Of a stretch of 64,000 nt of DNA, positions 38,472-52,303 are shown piece after piece; position 1 is the stretch's first letter; every line of letters starts with the position of its first letter. The position numbers and the translations under genes are program-made. This stretch comes from Chiloscyllium plagiosum (Eukaryota), in the NCBI RefSeq assembly GCF_004010195.1, contig NC_057753.1, positions 3,441,514-3,505,513 of the forward strand, in the 5' to 3' direction. The notes below the pieces were generated by a model, which was not told where the DNA came from, searched no databases, and worked only from the letters and a program-made list of their open reading frames with translations.

Positions 38472-39377
38472 TTATTGACATTCGAATATTTTAATGAATA
38501 AGTTCAAAGCAAATCTCACTCCATTCTTCAATTCATGTCTAATTTTGCTCTGTGTCATAGCATATATAAATGCGTTAACGCAATAACTGAAACATATATC
38601 TGTTTTTTTTTCAAATCAAACGTGAAATTATGCAAAATGGATCCCGAAGAATAAGTAATATTCACAGCTCTTACACAGAGAATATTTGTAAAACATAACA
38701 GATATAATTGAATGAAACTGCCCCAGATGGCAAAGAGTAAAATAATGGACTTTTCCAGCTTCTTCATCTCTGGGTCACACTGAATCTCTCCATTGTTCTG
38801 AAGGTTGAGTCTCCTATGGGCTGTATTGGCCAAGGCAATATATCTCACGGTCAGCACGTTTAGTTGTAAAATTAGAATGAAAGAGAGACACTGACTTAAA
38901 ATTTAACAGATCCAGTCATATGCAGCCCAAGCAGGTGATGTATGACATTTATCCCTTATGCGACACAGCCAGGGCACATTGTTAATACATACCTCGTTTC
39001 AAATTCAAAATATGTGAAAATGCTTTTCGTACAGCACAAAGTAGGCATTATTCCTATCACCCATGCTGCCACCTTCTTGGTGCAATATTTTACTTTAAGG
39101 TTCTGGCAGGATATAGCCGCAAGTTGATTAAAGGTAAAAGCAACAGTTAACCAGGCGGAGTTGTTAATAATTGCCATTTTTAATGCAGCACGGAAACTAT
39201 ACACTCGTGTGATAGAAAGGAAGTTGGATTGGAAATAACTCCCAGTAATCCTATTTAAAATCACAGCTGTGACCATGACCAAGTGATCTGTCACTGCAAT
39301 TGACACCAAGAAGCTGGTGATGCATCCAAACAGACCACAGGCTCTTCGAGACAGGATTTCAATCATTGCTCGATTAG
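38472..39377 (-). pseudogene. GPR139-like GPCR pseudogene (gene C, exon 2 only)
   Basis: SRRACGLFGCI, SAWLTVAFTF, LKVKYCT, LTVRYIAL and KSIILLFAI in different frames. DRF changed to NQL; acceptor reads TTACAA| instead of AG; frameshifts near 38990 and in TM7. Confidence 0.9.
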
Positions 39378-39606
39378 TTGTAAGTTGTAAATAATGAGTT
39401 TCAATCAGAACATTTGTGTTTCTGATCACCATCAAGTTTCCCATTTAACAGGATTTTTTTTAAAAAGAGAGAAGAATTGAGAAGAAAGTCATAATTGGGA
39501 CATTATTCCTTCCATAAGGAACAATTGATTTTTGAATTAAACATTGACACATAGATTAACCAAATTAAGGATGCAACAAGGAAAAATATTTGGAAATCTT
39601 TTTTTT

Positions 39607-39916
39607 GATTAGATTAGATTACAGTGTGGAAACAGGCCGTTCGGCCCAACAAGTCCACACCGACCCGCCGAAGCGAAACCCACCCATACCCCTACATTTA
39701 CCCCTTACCTAACACTACGGGCAATTTAGTATGGCCAATTCCCCTAACCTGCACATCTTTGGACTGTGGGAGGAAACCGGAGCACCCGGAGGAAACCCAC
39801 GCAGACACGGGGAGAACGTGCAAACTCCACACAGTCAGTCGCCTGAGTCGGGAATTGAACCCGGGTCTCTGGCGCTGCGAGGCAGCAGTGCTAACCACTG
39901 TGCCACCGTGCCGCCC
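39607..39916 (-). mobile_element. Full-length HE1-like tRNA-derived SINE
   Basis: A box TGGCACAGTGG, B box GGTTCAATTCC, (AATCT)n tail, possible ATCTT TSD. Confidence 0.9.
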
Positions 39917-40178
39917 ATCTTCGCGAACAGCAACAATACACACAGCTACAATTCACTACTACATTTAGTTGCGACCCATCCCAGAGCATGAATACCTTTA
40001 AAAATGAACTTAATAAATCACAAGCATATAAATACTGAAGTAAAATCCACTAACAACGAAACACAGAATGTATTGAAGGAGGTAGTGTGCAAAACATCAA
40101 CGATAACTTGGCAATTAACAAAAACATGGATTATGTCTAATTTTGGATCAACACACGTGGTTTCAATGAAGTCTTGTA

Positions 40179-41295
40179 CAGAGGAACCTCAACTATCTGA
40201 ATTTCAATTGTCCAAATATTGTATTATCCGAAGGAGAGCTCAAGGTCCCGATAGAAACAACGCAGCAAAGAAGTGTTTAAACACTGATGGCATCTTTTGT
40301 TTACAATGATTAAAAATGATCATGTCTCAATGAAATGCAGCTGAGAACAGTACTGGACATCGATGGCAGCCAAGGAACAGTCTACAAATGATTGACCTCC
40401 TTCCTCTCTCTCTCCCCTCACTTTCCCTGGAGCTTTGCATAGGTGTGAACTCTGAACTCTTTCCCAGATATTCTCTGTGACATTGTCCTGTACAGGGCAG
40501 AGGTGGAACTTGCGAAACAGTTGCAGTAATAATTTGTGTGTGTGTTTGCGTGTGTGCACACACGCGAGTGTGCAAGCCCAGTATTTTGAGACTTACCCCC
40601 CACAAAGGCTACAGCAGTCGTACTGTGGCGTTCAGTCCAGCTGCCTCGGAGAGGAAGGGGAGCTGATGTGGATTGGGGAATAACGGGGACGGGGGTCACG
40701 GAGGCGGGGCAGCTGGGGCAGAGGCGTGGATAGGGTTCAGACAGCAGGTCAGGGAAGACGGGGAGGGGTCAGTTTTGGGGAGTGGACTGGTTTGGGTGGC
40801 GGGCGGGGGAGGGTTTGTGGTGGCGGGTGTGGTTGGGTTGGCGGGTTTGGGNNNNNNNNNNNNNNNNNNNNNNNNNNNNNNNNNNNNNNNNNNNNNNNNN
40901 NNNNNNNNNNNNNNNNNNNNNNNNNNNNNNNNNNNNNNNNNNNNNNNNNNNNNNNNNNNNNNNNNNNNNNNNNNNNNNNNNNNNNNNNNNNNNNNNNNNN
41001 NNNNNNNNNNNNNNNNNNNNNNNNNNNNNNNNNNNNNCAGGTGGGGGCGTTGGGGGCGGTGGGCGGGGATTGGCTTCATATGGAGTTGGGGCGGATGAGG
41101 TTGGGGACAGGCGTGGTTCGGGGCGGGGAGGGGATTGTGCACAGTGTGCTGCTTCCTCGTCTCCTGAGTGTGTAGCAGACTTAACAGAAAACTCTGAGCT
41201 CCAGAGGAGAGGCATTGAATTGATTAAACCGAGTAAACAATTATCCAAATGAAATAGTGCCCACCCATCTCACTCAGATAATTGAGGTTTCTCTG
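40179..41295. mobile_element. Non-autonomous Tc1/mariner (pogo/Tigger-like) element
   Basis: TIRs CAGAGGAACCTCAACTATCTGA / TCAGATAATTGAGGTTTCTCTG (2 mismatches), TA on both sides; spans the N gap. Confidence 0.8.
40852..41037. other. Assembly gap
   Basis: Run of N within G-rich sequence. Confidence 1.
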
Positions 41296-41329
41296 TAATT
41301 GCTTTCACTCTTGAAAAAGCTGGCATTGA

Positions 41330-42260
41330 ACTTTTGCATATTATTTTGGAAACAAACTGGCCAGATGCAAATCACAAACTTCACGAAATTCATTCGTGAT
41401 TCCTTCACTTTCCATCTTCCTCATTTCTGCGTCAACGTTTGCATTGAAGGCAAGCAGCATTGAGTGGCCAACACAGATTAGTAGAATTTCTTCCCGGTCA
41501 ACATGCCAGGTGGTTACTTTAATGCTCTTTAGACCTTCCTGAACGCCACCTGGGCATTTAATTGGAACTTCACTCTGGCAGCAGTTTGCTAATTGAAAAA
41601 TGCAGAGCAAATTAAGTTAAATCTCTCTCATTCAAGTTCGCCATATCCAGCTTTTTACTACAATCAGTGGTACCTGACCCAACCGCTTCTCATAAGAAAC
41701 CTGAACTGAAGTCATATCCTTAATTTGTAAGCTTCCCTGATAAAAGTTCTCGGTCTAGCCAAGATCTTGCACAACTGTAAGGATTGGAGTCCAGAGCAAA
41801 TATTGTTAGAGACTTGTTCTGCTGGCACTGAAGCAGTCACACCAGTTTCAATCTCCATTGGAATTGGGTGACTTTTCAACCAGATGTCTACTTTGATAGG
41901 TTGCAAATTGGATGTTGCTAACCAATTTAGCTGTTCCAAACGAGATGTCCGTGGACTTTCCAGGATGTGCATTCTCCTGGATACGGGGGTAGGAGTTCTC
42001 TTAGCCAATGTTGGACTAGTGGTACGCTTTTGCTGTCGTGAGTCTACATACAGGAAACAACTCGATTTGCTTGCTGGCCCAGAAACTGAAGAAAATTTTA
42101 ACACCTTGGCCGAGGCTTGGCTTTGTTTTGGATTCTTCTGTGGGCTGACCCAGAGTTCCTCTGTTCAGGATATATTCTCAGTGAGTCAATGCAATCGCCT
42201 TCTCTCAAGTGGTCTTCCCGAAGTTCAGGCAGAGAGGCGAGGATATAGAGTTACATCGGG
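41330..42260 (-). mobile_element. Gypsy gag-protease-RT fragment (same family as 2245-4490)
   Basis: PIKVDIWL..HPIPMEIETGVTASV (degenerate aspartic protease); 41400-41455 matches 4425-4480. Confidence 0.7.
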
Positions 42261-42805
42261 ATAGCCCACATATCACATGCTTAAATTGCAGAATTTTCCA
42301 ATGATAAAGCCAGTTGTAGTGCTTGTTTGACATCCAGTTGGGCTTTTGCCAATAGTTGCTTTTGCGTCATTACATCATTAATCCCATATACCAAATGGTC
42401 TCTCAGCCCTTTGGTCTGTCGAGTCTTAATCTCAAATCATCCCACTTTCCAGCATTATGCCTCAGCCTTAACTGTTATGAGGTAGTGAGGTTACCAACCT
42501 CAAATACAATTCCAAGTGATGTATTCCATACCTCCATCTGGGTGAGAAAAAATAATCTTCAATTCCCGGTCTCGACATCTGAATTCGTGCTAGGAAGTGT
42601 GCTCTTTGTTTGTAACCTTCAACTGAATGGAACAGCAACTTTCTACCAAAACTGTCCATATCCCTTCAAAATCATATACGACATATGAAGAACCCCCCCC
42701 CCCCTCGACTTTGTCGACTCCAAAGAATATTGTCCGAGCTTATTCAATGCGTCTTCATAGCTAAAGCAACCCATCTCAATAAGTGCTCATATCATACCTA
42801 CGATT

Positions 42806-43095
42806 CAGTGGCTCAGTGGTTAGCACTGCTGCCTTCAATGTACTAGGTCTGATTCTACCCTGGGGATGATACCTCGTGTCTGCATGGGCTTCCTCCATCC
42901 GTCCAGAAATTGCAGTTTAGTTGGTTTGGCCATGCTAATTTGTCGGCAGTTTGCAGGGTACTTGGGTTTGCTACATCATCTTTGTGGTTACAGGGATAAC
43001 GTGGGGTGGTGGGTTTGATGGGAGATTCTTTGGACGGTTGGTGTGGACACAATGGGCCGAACGGCCTATTTCCACAATGTAGGATTTCTATGATC
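42806..43095 (+). mobile_element. Degenerate tRNA-derived SINE
   Basis: CAGTGGCTCAGTGGTTAGCACTGCTGCC head; ends GATTTCTATGAT. Confidence 0.75.
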
Positions 43096-43419
43096 TCTAA
43101 CGTAACATATGCTGATTTTATGGAAATGTGGTCATGTGTTTTCTTAATACATTATGAGGTGACTCCATCGTGATCGCCATTTATTTTCACTTTACCTGAC
43201 TATACACTTTGCATCTTATCTTGCTCACTTACCTTGGGATTTCCTGGGTAGAGCGGATATTAGAAAATTGAGTTAATCAACTGCACTTCGAAAACCGACA
43301 CTCCATTTTGGCTTGCATATTTGTATATCACATCTTAAATAAGTTTAAACTACAGAGCAGTTCCTTTCCAATAAACGGCTCAATGCGAGAGATTCCAGAC
43401 CAGTCAACTTTGTCTTTAG

Positions 43420-44995
43420 AACGTTGAACATAGCACAGTCAAGCACTGAACTGCCCTTTGATCTTCGATGTTTTGCAGACATTTCATTCTACTTTAAGAT
43501 CACACTAACCTACATACCCACATTCTACTATCATCCTTGTGCCTATCCAGGAGTCGTTTAAATGTCTCTAATGTATCAGACTCTATTAACGCAGCTGGCA
43601 GTGCATTCCACTCATCCACCAATCTCTCTGTAAAAAAGCTACCTCTGACATCTACCCTTAACCTTCCACGAATCACCTTAAATTTATGCCCCCTTCTAAT
43701 AATCATTTCCGCACTGGGAAAAGAGTCTCTGGCTATCTATCCTATCTAAGCTTCACATCATCTTACCCACGTCACCTCGTATCTCTCGTTCCTCCAATAA
43801 GAAAAGCCGCCGTTCTCTCAATCTTCCTTTCTACGACATGCTGTCCAGTCCAGACAGCGTTCGGCTTAATATCTCCTGCATCTTTTCTCTAGCTTCCACA
43901 TCACTCCAACAATAAAGTGATCAGGCCTGAACATCATATAGCAAGTGTGGTCTAACTGGGGCTTTACAGAGCCACAGAACAATCTCGCAGTTCTTAAAAT
44001 CAATCCGTCTGCTAATGAAAGCCAACACTTTCTGCCTTATTAACAAATCCATCAACTTGGGTGACAACTTTGAAGGATCAATGGACGTGGACCCCAAATC
44101 CCTCTGTGCCTCCAAACTGCTAAATATCCTGCCGTTAACCCTGTAATCTGCATTCAAATTCGACATTCCAAAATGAATCTCTTTATACTTTTCCAATATT
44201 GAATTCCATTTGCCACTTCTCAGCCCAGCTCTGTATCGTATTAACATCTCATTGCAACCTACATTATCCATAACTCCAGCAAACTCTGTCTCGTCGACAA
44301 ACAAACTAACTTACACTTCCAGTTCTTCATCTAAGTTATTTATAAAAATCAAAAAGAGCCGATGTCCCAGAACAGATCCCTGCGCATCATATCTGGTCAC
44401 CGAGTTCGAGAATGGATAGTTTCCATTTACTACTGCCATCTGTCTTCTATAAGCCAGCCAATTCTGTATTCGGACAGTCAAATCGCCTTGTATCACATGC
44501 CTCCCAAATTTTTGAACGAGCTGACCGAGGGGAAACTAACCGAAAGCCTTGCTAAAATCCATGTACACCACATCCACTGCTCTACCTTCATCAACATGTT
44601 TTGTTACAACTTCAAAGAATTCAGTAAGGCCACTGAGGCATCACATGCCCCTCACAAATCCATGCTCACTATGTGTAATCAAACTATGCATTTCCAAATA
44701 ACCATATCTGTCTTTCAGAATTCTCTCCAATAATTTATGCATGCCTCGTCTGTAATTCTAAGGATTATCCAAATTCCCTTTCTTGAACAAGGACATCTCA
44801 TTTGCCTCCCTCCAATCATCAGGTCCTAGTTTACGGGACAGCGAGGATGCAAAGATCTTCGCCAAAGCGACAGCTGTCTTTACCCTCGCTCCCTGTAGTG
44901 AAAGTGGGTAGATCCCGCCTGACCTCGGGGACTTATCTATGATCATGTTTATCAAAATTTCTAGAGCACCCTCCTTCTTAATATCAACATGTTCA
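43420..44995 (-). mobile_element. CR1 LINE fragment
   Basis: RGHKFKV...FFTERLVDEWNALP; QGSVLG; LFKKGNLDNP. Confidence 0.85.
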
Positions 44996-45924
44996 GACTT
45001 TCATACATTTCAACCGTTTTCCAAGCCAAAACCCTTGAGAAGTTTCTGACTAGAATGAAAGAGTTGGTTTTAGTCTTGATGGGCAAATAAGATAATCTCC
45101 TGACATGTGCACTAAGTCTAAGATAGCCTTACCCCATTGCGAATTCCATGCAGGTTCTCATTTTTAGAGGAGGAAGTGAGTTTGTTCACATAAACAAGTA
45201 TCATAAATGTCTGGTCTTCGCTGGGAACGTGTTTGCGTGTCAGCAGATTTGCCGAGGACCAATTAGGTCTCCCATCTTCCCAGCATGAAAGCTGTAATTG
45301 ATTCTTGTCTTTTTCCCAATTAACGTCCCACTGCAATAGAATCTTACAATCTTTGCTAATTCACTGAGATCACTCACAAACCAATTGTTTTTCCCTGCAC
45401 TCTTATCACACTGTGATTTGTGTCAGTACTCCACTGCTTGGCACAGTGCAGGTCGGCCATTTGATGTGCGGAATTTCTGCTCTCCCCCTTCCCTCTTACT
45501 CTGGAGAACCCAATGTTTGTAGGAACCGTTACTGGAAGTATTTCCCCTTCTGCTCTGAATTCCCACTTTGGAAAGAAAATGGCCCAGATAAACACATTTG
45601 TTTAGTATCATGAGTGATTTACAATCGAATAAAGGGTCACAAAGAATTCAACACTATTCTGAAAGCGTGGCGAGAAAGTAATCTAAAGAAGAATATTTTA
45701 AAACAAAAACAAACTATGAGGGCGTCCGTAAACATATGAAAAGGAAGAGAATATCTGATGTAAACATTAGCTTTTTACAGTGAGGGGAAAATATTTTTGG
45801 AAGTTCTTTTGTGTTAAAGAACCACACTGATTTGAATTTGAATGCCAGATTGTAATCATGATTATATCCCCTTGATTGCAATTAATGTGACACAGTCTAT
45901 ATAGGACCTGATGGCACAAAAACG

Positions 45925-46705
45925 AAAAGAACAAAGAACAGTGCAGCACAGGACAGGCCATTCGGCCCTCCAAATTTTCCCCTTCCATATAAAAACTGTC
46001 TTCACTTACAGGATTCCTATTCATTTATACCCTTCCTATTCATGAATTAATTCAGGCGATTCTTGGACGTCGCCATTGTGTCTCCTTCCACCACTTCGTC
46101 TGCCAGAGTATTCTCAGCGCTCAACACCCTTTTTGTCAACAACTTTCATTCCCAATTTCTACTTGAAAAAAAAAACGCCGCACCCAGCATCTTTGTCCCT
46201 TCGTAATTGACCCCTCCACCCTAGGTAAAAGATTCATGCTTTTCAATCTACCCATGTCATTAAATTTTTTTGATATTCTGTCAGGTCATCTCTCAATCCC
46301 ATACATTCAAGTGAAAACAAATCCAGTGTATCCGAACCTTTCTTCATAGCGAATATCTTCCATACCAGTCGAAATGCTGGAAAACATTTTCCCCAATTTC
46401 TGCAAAGCATCCACATCTTTGTGGTAGTGTGAGGACCATAGCTGTATTTAATACTGTCATGTGGCCTAAGTAACTTTCCATAAAGGTGCAGTATATCTTC
46501 ACACTCAATGCACGTTCCAATGGAGTCAAGCATGTCATAGGCCATTTTTACTATGTTAAATATCTGCGCTTCAAACATCAGTGATCTTTAGACTTTCATA
46601 CCCACATCCTTGCACTTATCAATAGTCGTAAACAAGTATTGTGCATTCACTGTATAATTTTGACCTGCACTTGATCTTCCAAAATGCATCGCCTCACATT
46701 TGTCT
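45925..46705 (-). mobile_element. CR1 3' part (continues at 53788 after the Gypsy insertion)
   Basis: LFSLE..LRDDL.E motif and AAAGAAC tail; ends CACATTTGTCT, resuming as GATTAAACTCCATC. Confidence 0.8.
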
Positions 46706-46838
46706 TTTTGTGTACAAGGTGGGACACCTTAAATCATTACAAGAAGGAAGTACAGACACTAAATTTTCTGATTGTTTTAATGTGTAAATCGGAAATTCCC
46801 GGAGTAATTCAGCAGGTTTTGAACAAAATGAATTTAAA

Positions 46839-47140
46839 TTAGATTACTTACAGTGTGGAAACAGGCCCTTCGGCCCAACAAGTTCACACCTACCCTCCGA
46901 AGAGCAACTCACCCAGACCTATTCCCCTACGTCTAACACTACAGGCAATTTAGCATGTCGAAATCACCAAACCTGCATATTTTTGGACTGTAGGAGGAAA
47001 CCGGAACCCTCGGAGGAAGCCCACGCAGACACGAGGAGAATGTGCAAACTCCACACAGACGGTTACCTGAGGTGAGAATTGACCCCGGGTCTTTGGCACT
47101 GTGAGGCAGCAGTGCTAACCACTGAGCCACCGTGCCTCCC
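46839..47140 (-). mobile_element. HE1-like SINE inserted in the 3' LTR
   Basis: Same family as 39607-39916. Confidence 0.88.
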
Positions 47141-50100
47141 TTTAGTCACCGAGGACCGAATGAAACACAAAGAAAAGAGATGAAGAACTGAACCTATCCG
47201 AGAAACCAACTTAGTAATGTTGTTCGAAACGCCTGCAACAGTCCCCTTGGCAAAAAGGTCAAATCAGACGCAGGCTCATAGAGGAGAGAGAGATGGCAGA
47301 TTGTTTTAGCATGGAACCTCCATTAACTGTAGCGGTTTATTTGGATTTCTCAGCTTAAACTGACCAGCATCTCTGAACAGCCAGATTGCTAAAACCAAAA
47401 AAAAAACACTAAAGCTCCCCTTTCATTGTTCAAGTGCTTTTTTTAAATGTTGAAAACGTCTTCAAGTAGATAAAATTTATGACTCTTCCGAAAACAAAAT
47501 CAGAGACAACATTATCTTTTTAAAGGAGTGGCATCGTTACAACACCCCCCCCCAAAAAAAACCCATGAACTATTAATATCCAAAGGTTGTTTCATGTTAA
47601 AACAAGTTAATCTGACACTGATAGTACACCAAAACACTCATATGCATTGCATTGACTATAAACCTGCAAACATGCAATACTTCCATTTCCACTGAATGCT
47701 TCAATTTCTCACCCAAGTCTCAACAATTCGTCAGAGATCATGTTTTCTCGTCCTGCCGCATGCACAATTTACAAAGTGAATAGCTGTTACAACATGCTCC
47801 ATCTAAACAGTTTGGAATTTTGTCAAGTTTCTCCACAAACTATGGTCAGTTGTATATGATTGTCCTACCTACCTTACTTGTAACACATACATTGAAATGT
47901 TGCAACGTCTATAGCAAACTCAAAGGATCCTTCTCAACTTTTGAAAATTTCTGGTGATGAATTTTGAATCTCCTGGAGAAATACTCGGCAGCTCTTTCTA
48001 TCTTCTCGTTTTCCAGTAAGAGCACAACACCAACAACCACATTGCTCACAATGATAGACACCATGAATGGCTTTGCGTAATTTAGTGTGACTAATACTGT
48101 GGCAGGGGTTTACACACCGTTCAGGCTGTCAAATGCCTTCTGACATTCCGCAGTGCACTGAAAACTTTTGACTTTCTTTAATAATTCAATGAGTGGAGCA
48201 GCCACAGTGCTGATGTTTGGTACGAATTCCTGATAACATCCACTCAAACCGAGGGTTCGTAATACTACTCGTTTTGTTGATGGTATGGAAAACTCTGCAA
48301 TTACCTTTTGTTTAACTTTCTGAGGTGCAGTTTGTCCATGTCCATTAAAATGGCCAAGGATTGTGACTTGGACATTGGCAAATACCCGTTTCGCCGCATC
48401 TATCACCAAGCCTGCTCCCTGAAGTCAACCAACCAATCTGGATAAATGTCGCAAATGTTCCTTCGACGTGTGACTAGAACTTACCAGGTCATATACGTCG
48501 ATGACATAATTGGTGGTCCGACAACGAACTTATTGATTAGCCTTTGAAATGTGGCTAGCACATGACTTTGAACTGATATTGGCCATTTGGTGTTATGGCG
48601 ACAAAGCCGTCTTTATTCTTATGGGCAGAGGTACATGGGGTATCCTCTGAGCAAGTCCAACTTAGAAATACAAGTCGCTTGTTCCACCTTTTCAACACAA
48701 CGTGCGATCGAATGTACGTCGGTTTTTGTAACTGCGTTGACTTTGCAATAGTCCATACCTAACCTTTTCCTACCATGTGGATTTGGCAGCATTAGTATGG
48801 ATAAGATACTGTCACTGTGACTCCCTTCGATAATGTTGTCTTGGAGCACGTATTCAAACTCTTTTTAAACGTTGCAATCTCGATTGGTTATCCATATAAG
48901 GAAGTTGCTTAATCTGAACAGTATCTCGTATACTGTATCTCGTATGCATCATGCATTAATAGGTTCGTACGTTCTAGCCTATTTCCACGTATACCCTCAT
49001 GCAATAACACTTCAGATGATTTCGATTTTCCTCTGTAAGGTAAATCGACAATTTATTGCAATTTTTGGCAGCTTCCTCATTGTCCAGTTTAATTTGAGTA
49101 ATGTCTAACTCAGAATCCTCTGAACTTGGTTCGTTATTTTTTGTTGTATGCAGTAACACGTTCTCCTCTTGCGTTCTTTGCAGTTCAAAATCCTTTTTGA
49201 GCATATTCTCATGACACACTCTGTGAAATTTCTTTCTGTTTTGAGTCTTTATCAAACAGTGCACCTCACTTAATTTCCTTTCGACTTGATAAGGTCAGCA
49301 AAACTTACTTTTGAAGGTTCACCTATCTATGGAAATAACAGTAACAGCTCATCGCTGATAGCAAAATTACGAGTTTTTGATTTCTTGTCTGCTTCCTGTT
49401 TCATTGTACGCAATTATACTTTTAAATGCGGTCTGGCCAAGTCCCGCGCTCTATTTAATCGTTCTTTTAAATCTAACACATATGTGGTCTCTGAATTCCG
49501 ATTTCCAATTTTTCCTTAATCTTTTTTGTGGTCTTCTCACTTCATGCCCAAAATTAATTCGAATAAGGTGATTTTGGTCGATTCATTTGGCGCATCATTG
49601 ATCACAGCAGGCACAAAAGGAATTCCCTTATCCCCATCATCTTGATAGTCTTGACCATGCGCCTTCAACATTGTCTGAAGATGCCACTTTTCTAGCGCTC
49701 CTTGTTACTCTGGATGGTATGTCGTATATTTGAATTGTTTCATTGCTAAGCTGTCCATAACACCCTTGAATAACTTTGATGTAAAGTTTGCCCGTTGATC
49801 TGACTGTACCTCTATGGGTAATGCATATCCAGTGAGAAATTTGAGGACTTCCACAGGAGTACTTTTAGCTGTGACATTGTGTAATGGAATGACATCCCGA
49901 AATCCAGTGTACACATTCATTATTTTTCACAAACTGATTCCCACTTACTTTACCCACAATTAAGTATGACTTTCATATATGGATCCTAAAATGCAGAAAT
50001 ATGTATTAAAGGTGTGGTTTCTATTACTATCTGTGCTTTTCCAATTTACTGACATGTACGACATGTCTGGCAAAATTCAACCACAGTACATCCTTGTGCA

Positions 50101-51737
50101 GTCCATCCCAATAAAACGTGTTTGTGGACGATAGCCTGAGTTTTCTGTACCACAAAACGACCACTCCCCACCCACACCGTGAGTAGTCCATGTACAACCC
50201 GCAACACTGCATTTTGTTCACACATAGGCAATATGAATTGATGAATTTCTGCTCATTTTTCATCTCCTTGAATACGTGATAGTTCCTTTCACCTCATCAA
50301 GGTGTCATTTTTAAAGTATGAGCATTCAGGGTAGCATTCAGAGTCTTCCTTCATGTATGTTTTTTGATGCAATTTGCTTTAATTTTCATCTTTTTGCTGT
50401 AACTCAGTTGATTTAACTAAAGATTTCTACTTTGCCAGCCATTTGTTCCTGTTCTATATAAACCATTTTATCAAGCAGCGTCCCTGCTAATTCCACTTCA
50501 GCTTTCCGACTTATGCTCTTCTATCTCTCTTCTTTCAACCGGTGACTTTTGGCCTCGTTACCATATGCCCAAGAAAAATCCCAGGATATCCTTATTTTAA
50601 TAGTTTCTACCATCTTTTTCATCACTGGTGTCAGCACTCCTACCTGTGAAATAGCTACATCATTAGCAAGGACAAATTGTTTTCGTGAAGCTGCGGGTTT
50701 GTCCAGTAACCCTAGCACGACTTCTCTACTCTTCATTGGACACTCTAACCTTATTTTACATAATTGAGCACGTCTTGACTCACTAGGTACTTCCATCACT
50801 AGCACCTTTTCTGGTAATATTCCTTCAGAGAGACATAATTCCTCATCGTTCAACATCAAAGATTTAGAGGATCGCTTGTCACTTAAAATGTCACCTCTTT
50901 ACCTGCTGCTCCTGGCCTATGAGAGTAAACTTTACCTTCGCAGTTATATTGTTGAAAAAGATCTGGCACTTCCTTTTTAACTAACTTCAGACAAGGTATC
51001 ACATTCTGATGCAGCTTTCTAGACTCCACTGTGCTATCCATTAACACGCAAACAAAGTTCACTGGTTTATTCTGATTTCCTACATCTGCTTCCTTTCCTT
51101 TTCACCCTGTGCTAAGTTATCCTAATGATCTTCATCGAGATTTACCCTTCCTTTACCATGTGAGGACTTCTCTTACCCCAATGTCAATCCTACACGGATT
51201 GAACCTGATGTTGCAAGTCAAATTTTGATTTATGAGCCAGCACGTAATCATCAGCTATTTGAACTGCAAACTTACTTTTTGATCTCTGTGCTCTTCCACA
51301 TGAGTTCTCAGTACCTCAGGAAGTGAATGTTTGAACTCCTCCAAAATAAGCGTTACTGATTTTAATGCTTTTATGCACCTATCAAAGCTACTTTGTTTGA
51401 TCCTTTCAAACTCAATGTATATTTGACCAACGATCCTCCTTAGATTCCTGAACCGTTGTATGTATATGGCACAGGCGCGTATGCACTTGAAATGTTCGCT
51501 TCACCTTCTCATAGGCCATCGACCTCTCCCCTGATAGTGATGCGAATACCTCACGAGCTGTACTGATGGGCTTTGTTTGTATCAACAAAACTTTCATGGT
51601 CACTGGCCACTGCATTTACTTTGTCAGCTTTTGTCTGCATTTGTTTTGTCAGGCTTCCACGTCATTTTCATCAGATTTTGGTAATGTTTGAATAAATTTA
51701 AGCAAATTCTCACCACCCCATTGGCTGGCATAATTTT

Positions 51738-52303
51738 AGAACATAGAACATAGAAGAATACAGCGCAGTACAGGCCCTTCGGCCCTCGATGTTGCGCCGA
51801 TCCAAGCCCACCTAACCTACACTAGCCCACTATCCTCCATATGCCTATCCAATGCCCGCTTAAATGCCCATAATGAGGGAGAGTCCACCACTGCTACTGG
51901 CAGGGCATTCCATGAACTCACGACTCGTTGAGTAAAGAACCTACCCCTAACATCTCTNNNNNNNNNNNNNNNNNNNNNNNNNNNNNNNNNNNNNNNNNNN
52001 NNNNNNNNNNNNNNNNNNNNNNNNNNNNNNNNNNNNNNNNNNNNNNNNNNNNNNNNNNNNNNNNNNNNNNNNNNNNNNNNNNNNNNNNNCCTCTACTAAT
52101 AAAAGCCAGTACGCCATATGCCTTCCTCACTGCACTATTTACCTGGGTGGCAACTTTCAAAGATTTGTGTACATGGACACCAAGATCCCTCTGCTCATCC
52201 ACACTACCAAGTATCCGACGGTTAGCCCAGTACCCCATCTTTTTGTTACTCTTACCAAAGTGAATCACCTCACACTTAGCTACATTGAACTCCATTTGCC
52301 ACC
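51738..52303 (-). mobile_element. Young 5'-truncated CR1 inserted in Gypsy gag
   Basis: WQMEFNVAKCEVIHFG intact; TAGAACA tail repeats; AATTTT target duplication (51732-51737 / 52304-52309). Confidence 0.9.
51958..52089. other. Assembly gap
   Basis: Run of N. Confidence 1.

Noticed and set aside
39850..39916. tRNA-like A and B boxes
   Set aside because: Head of a multi-copy SINE, not a tRNA gene.
40673..41252. Long ORFs across the G-rich region
   Set aside because: Artefacts of the N gap and low-complexity sequence.
43180..43260. Donor-like sites (TTTACCTG, ACTTACCTT) as possible exon 1 of pseudogene C
   Set aside because: Adjacent sequence does not encode the IYY..L..IG.P motif, and no TATA/composite module follows.
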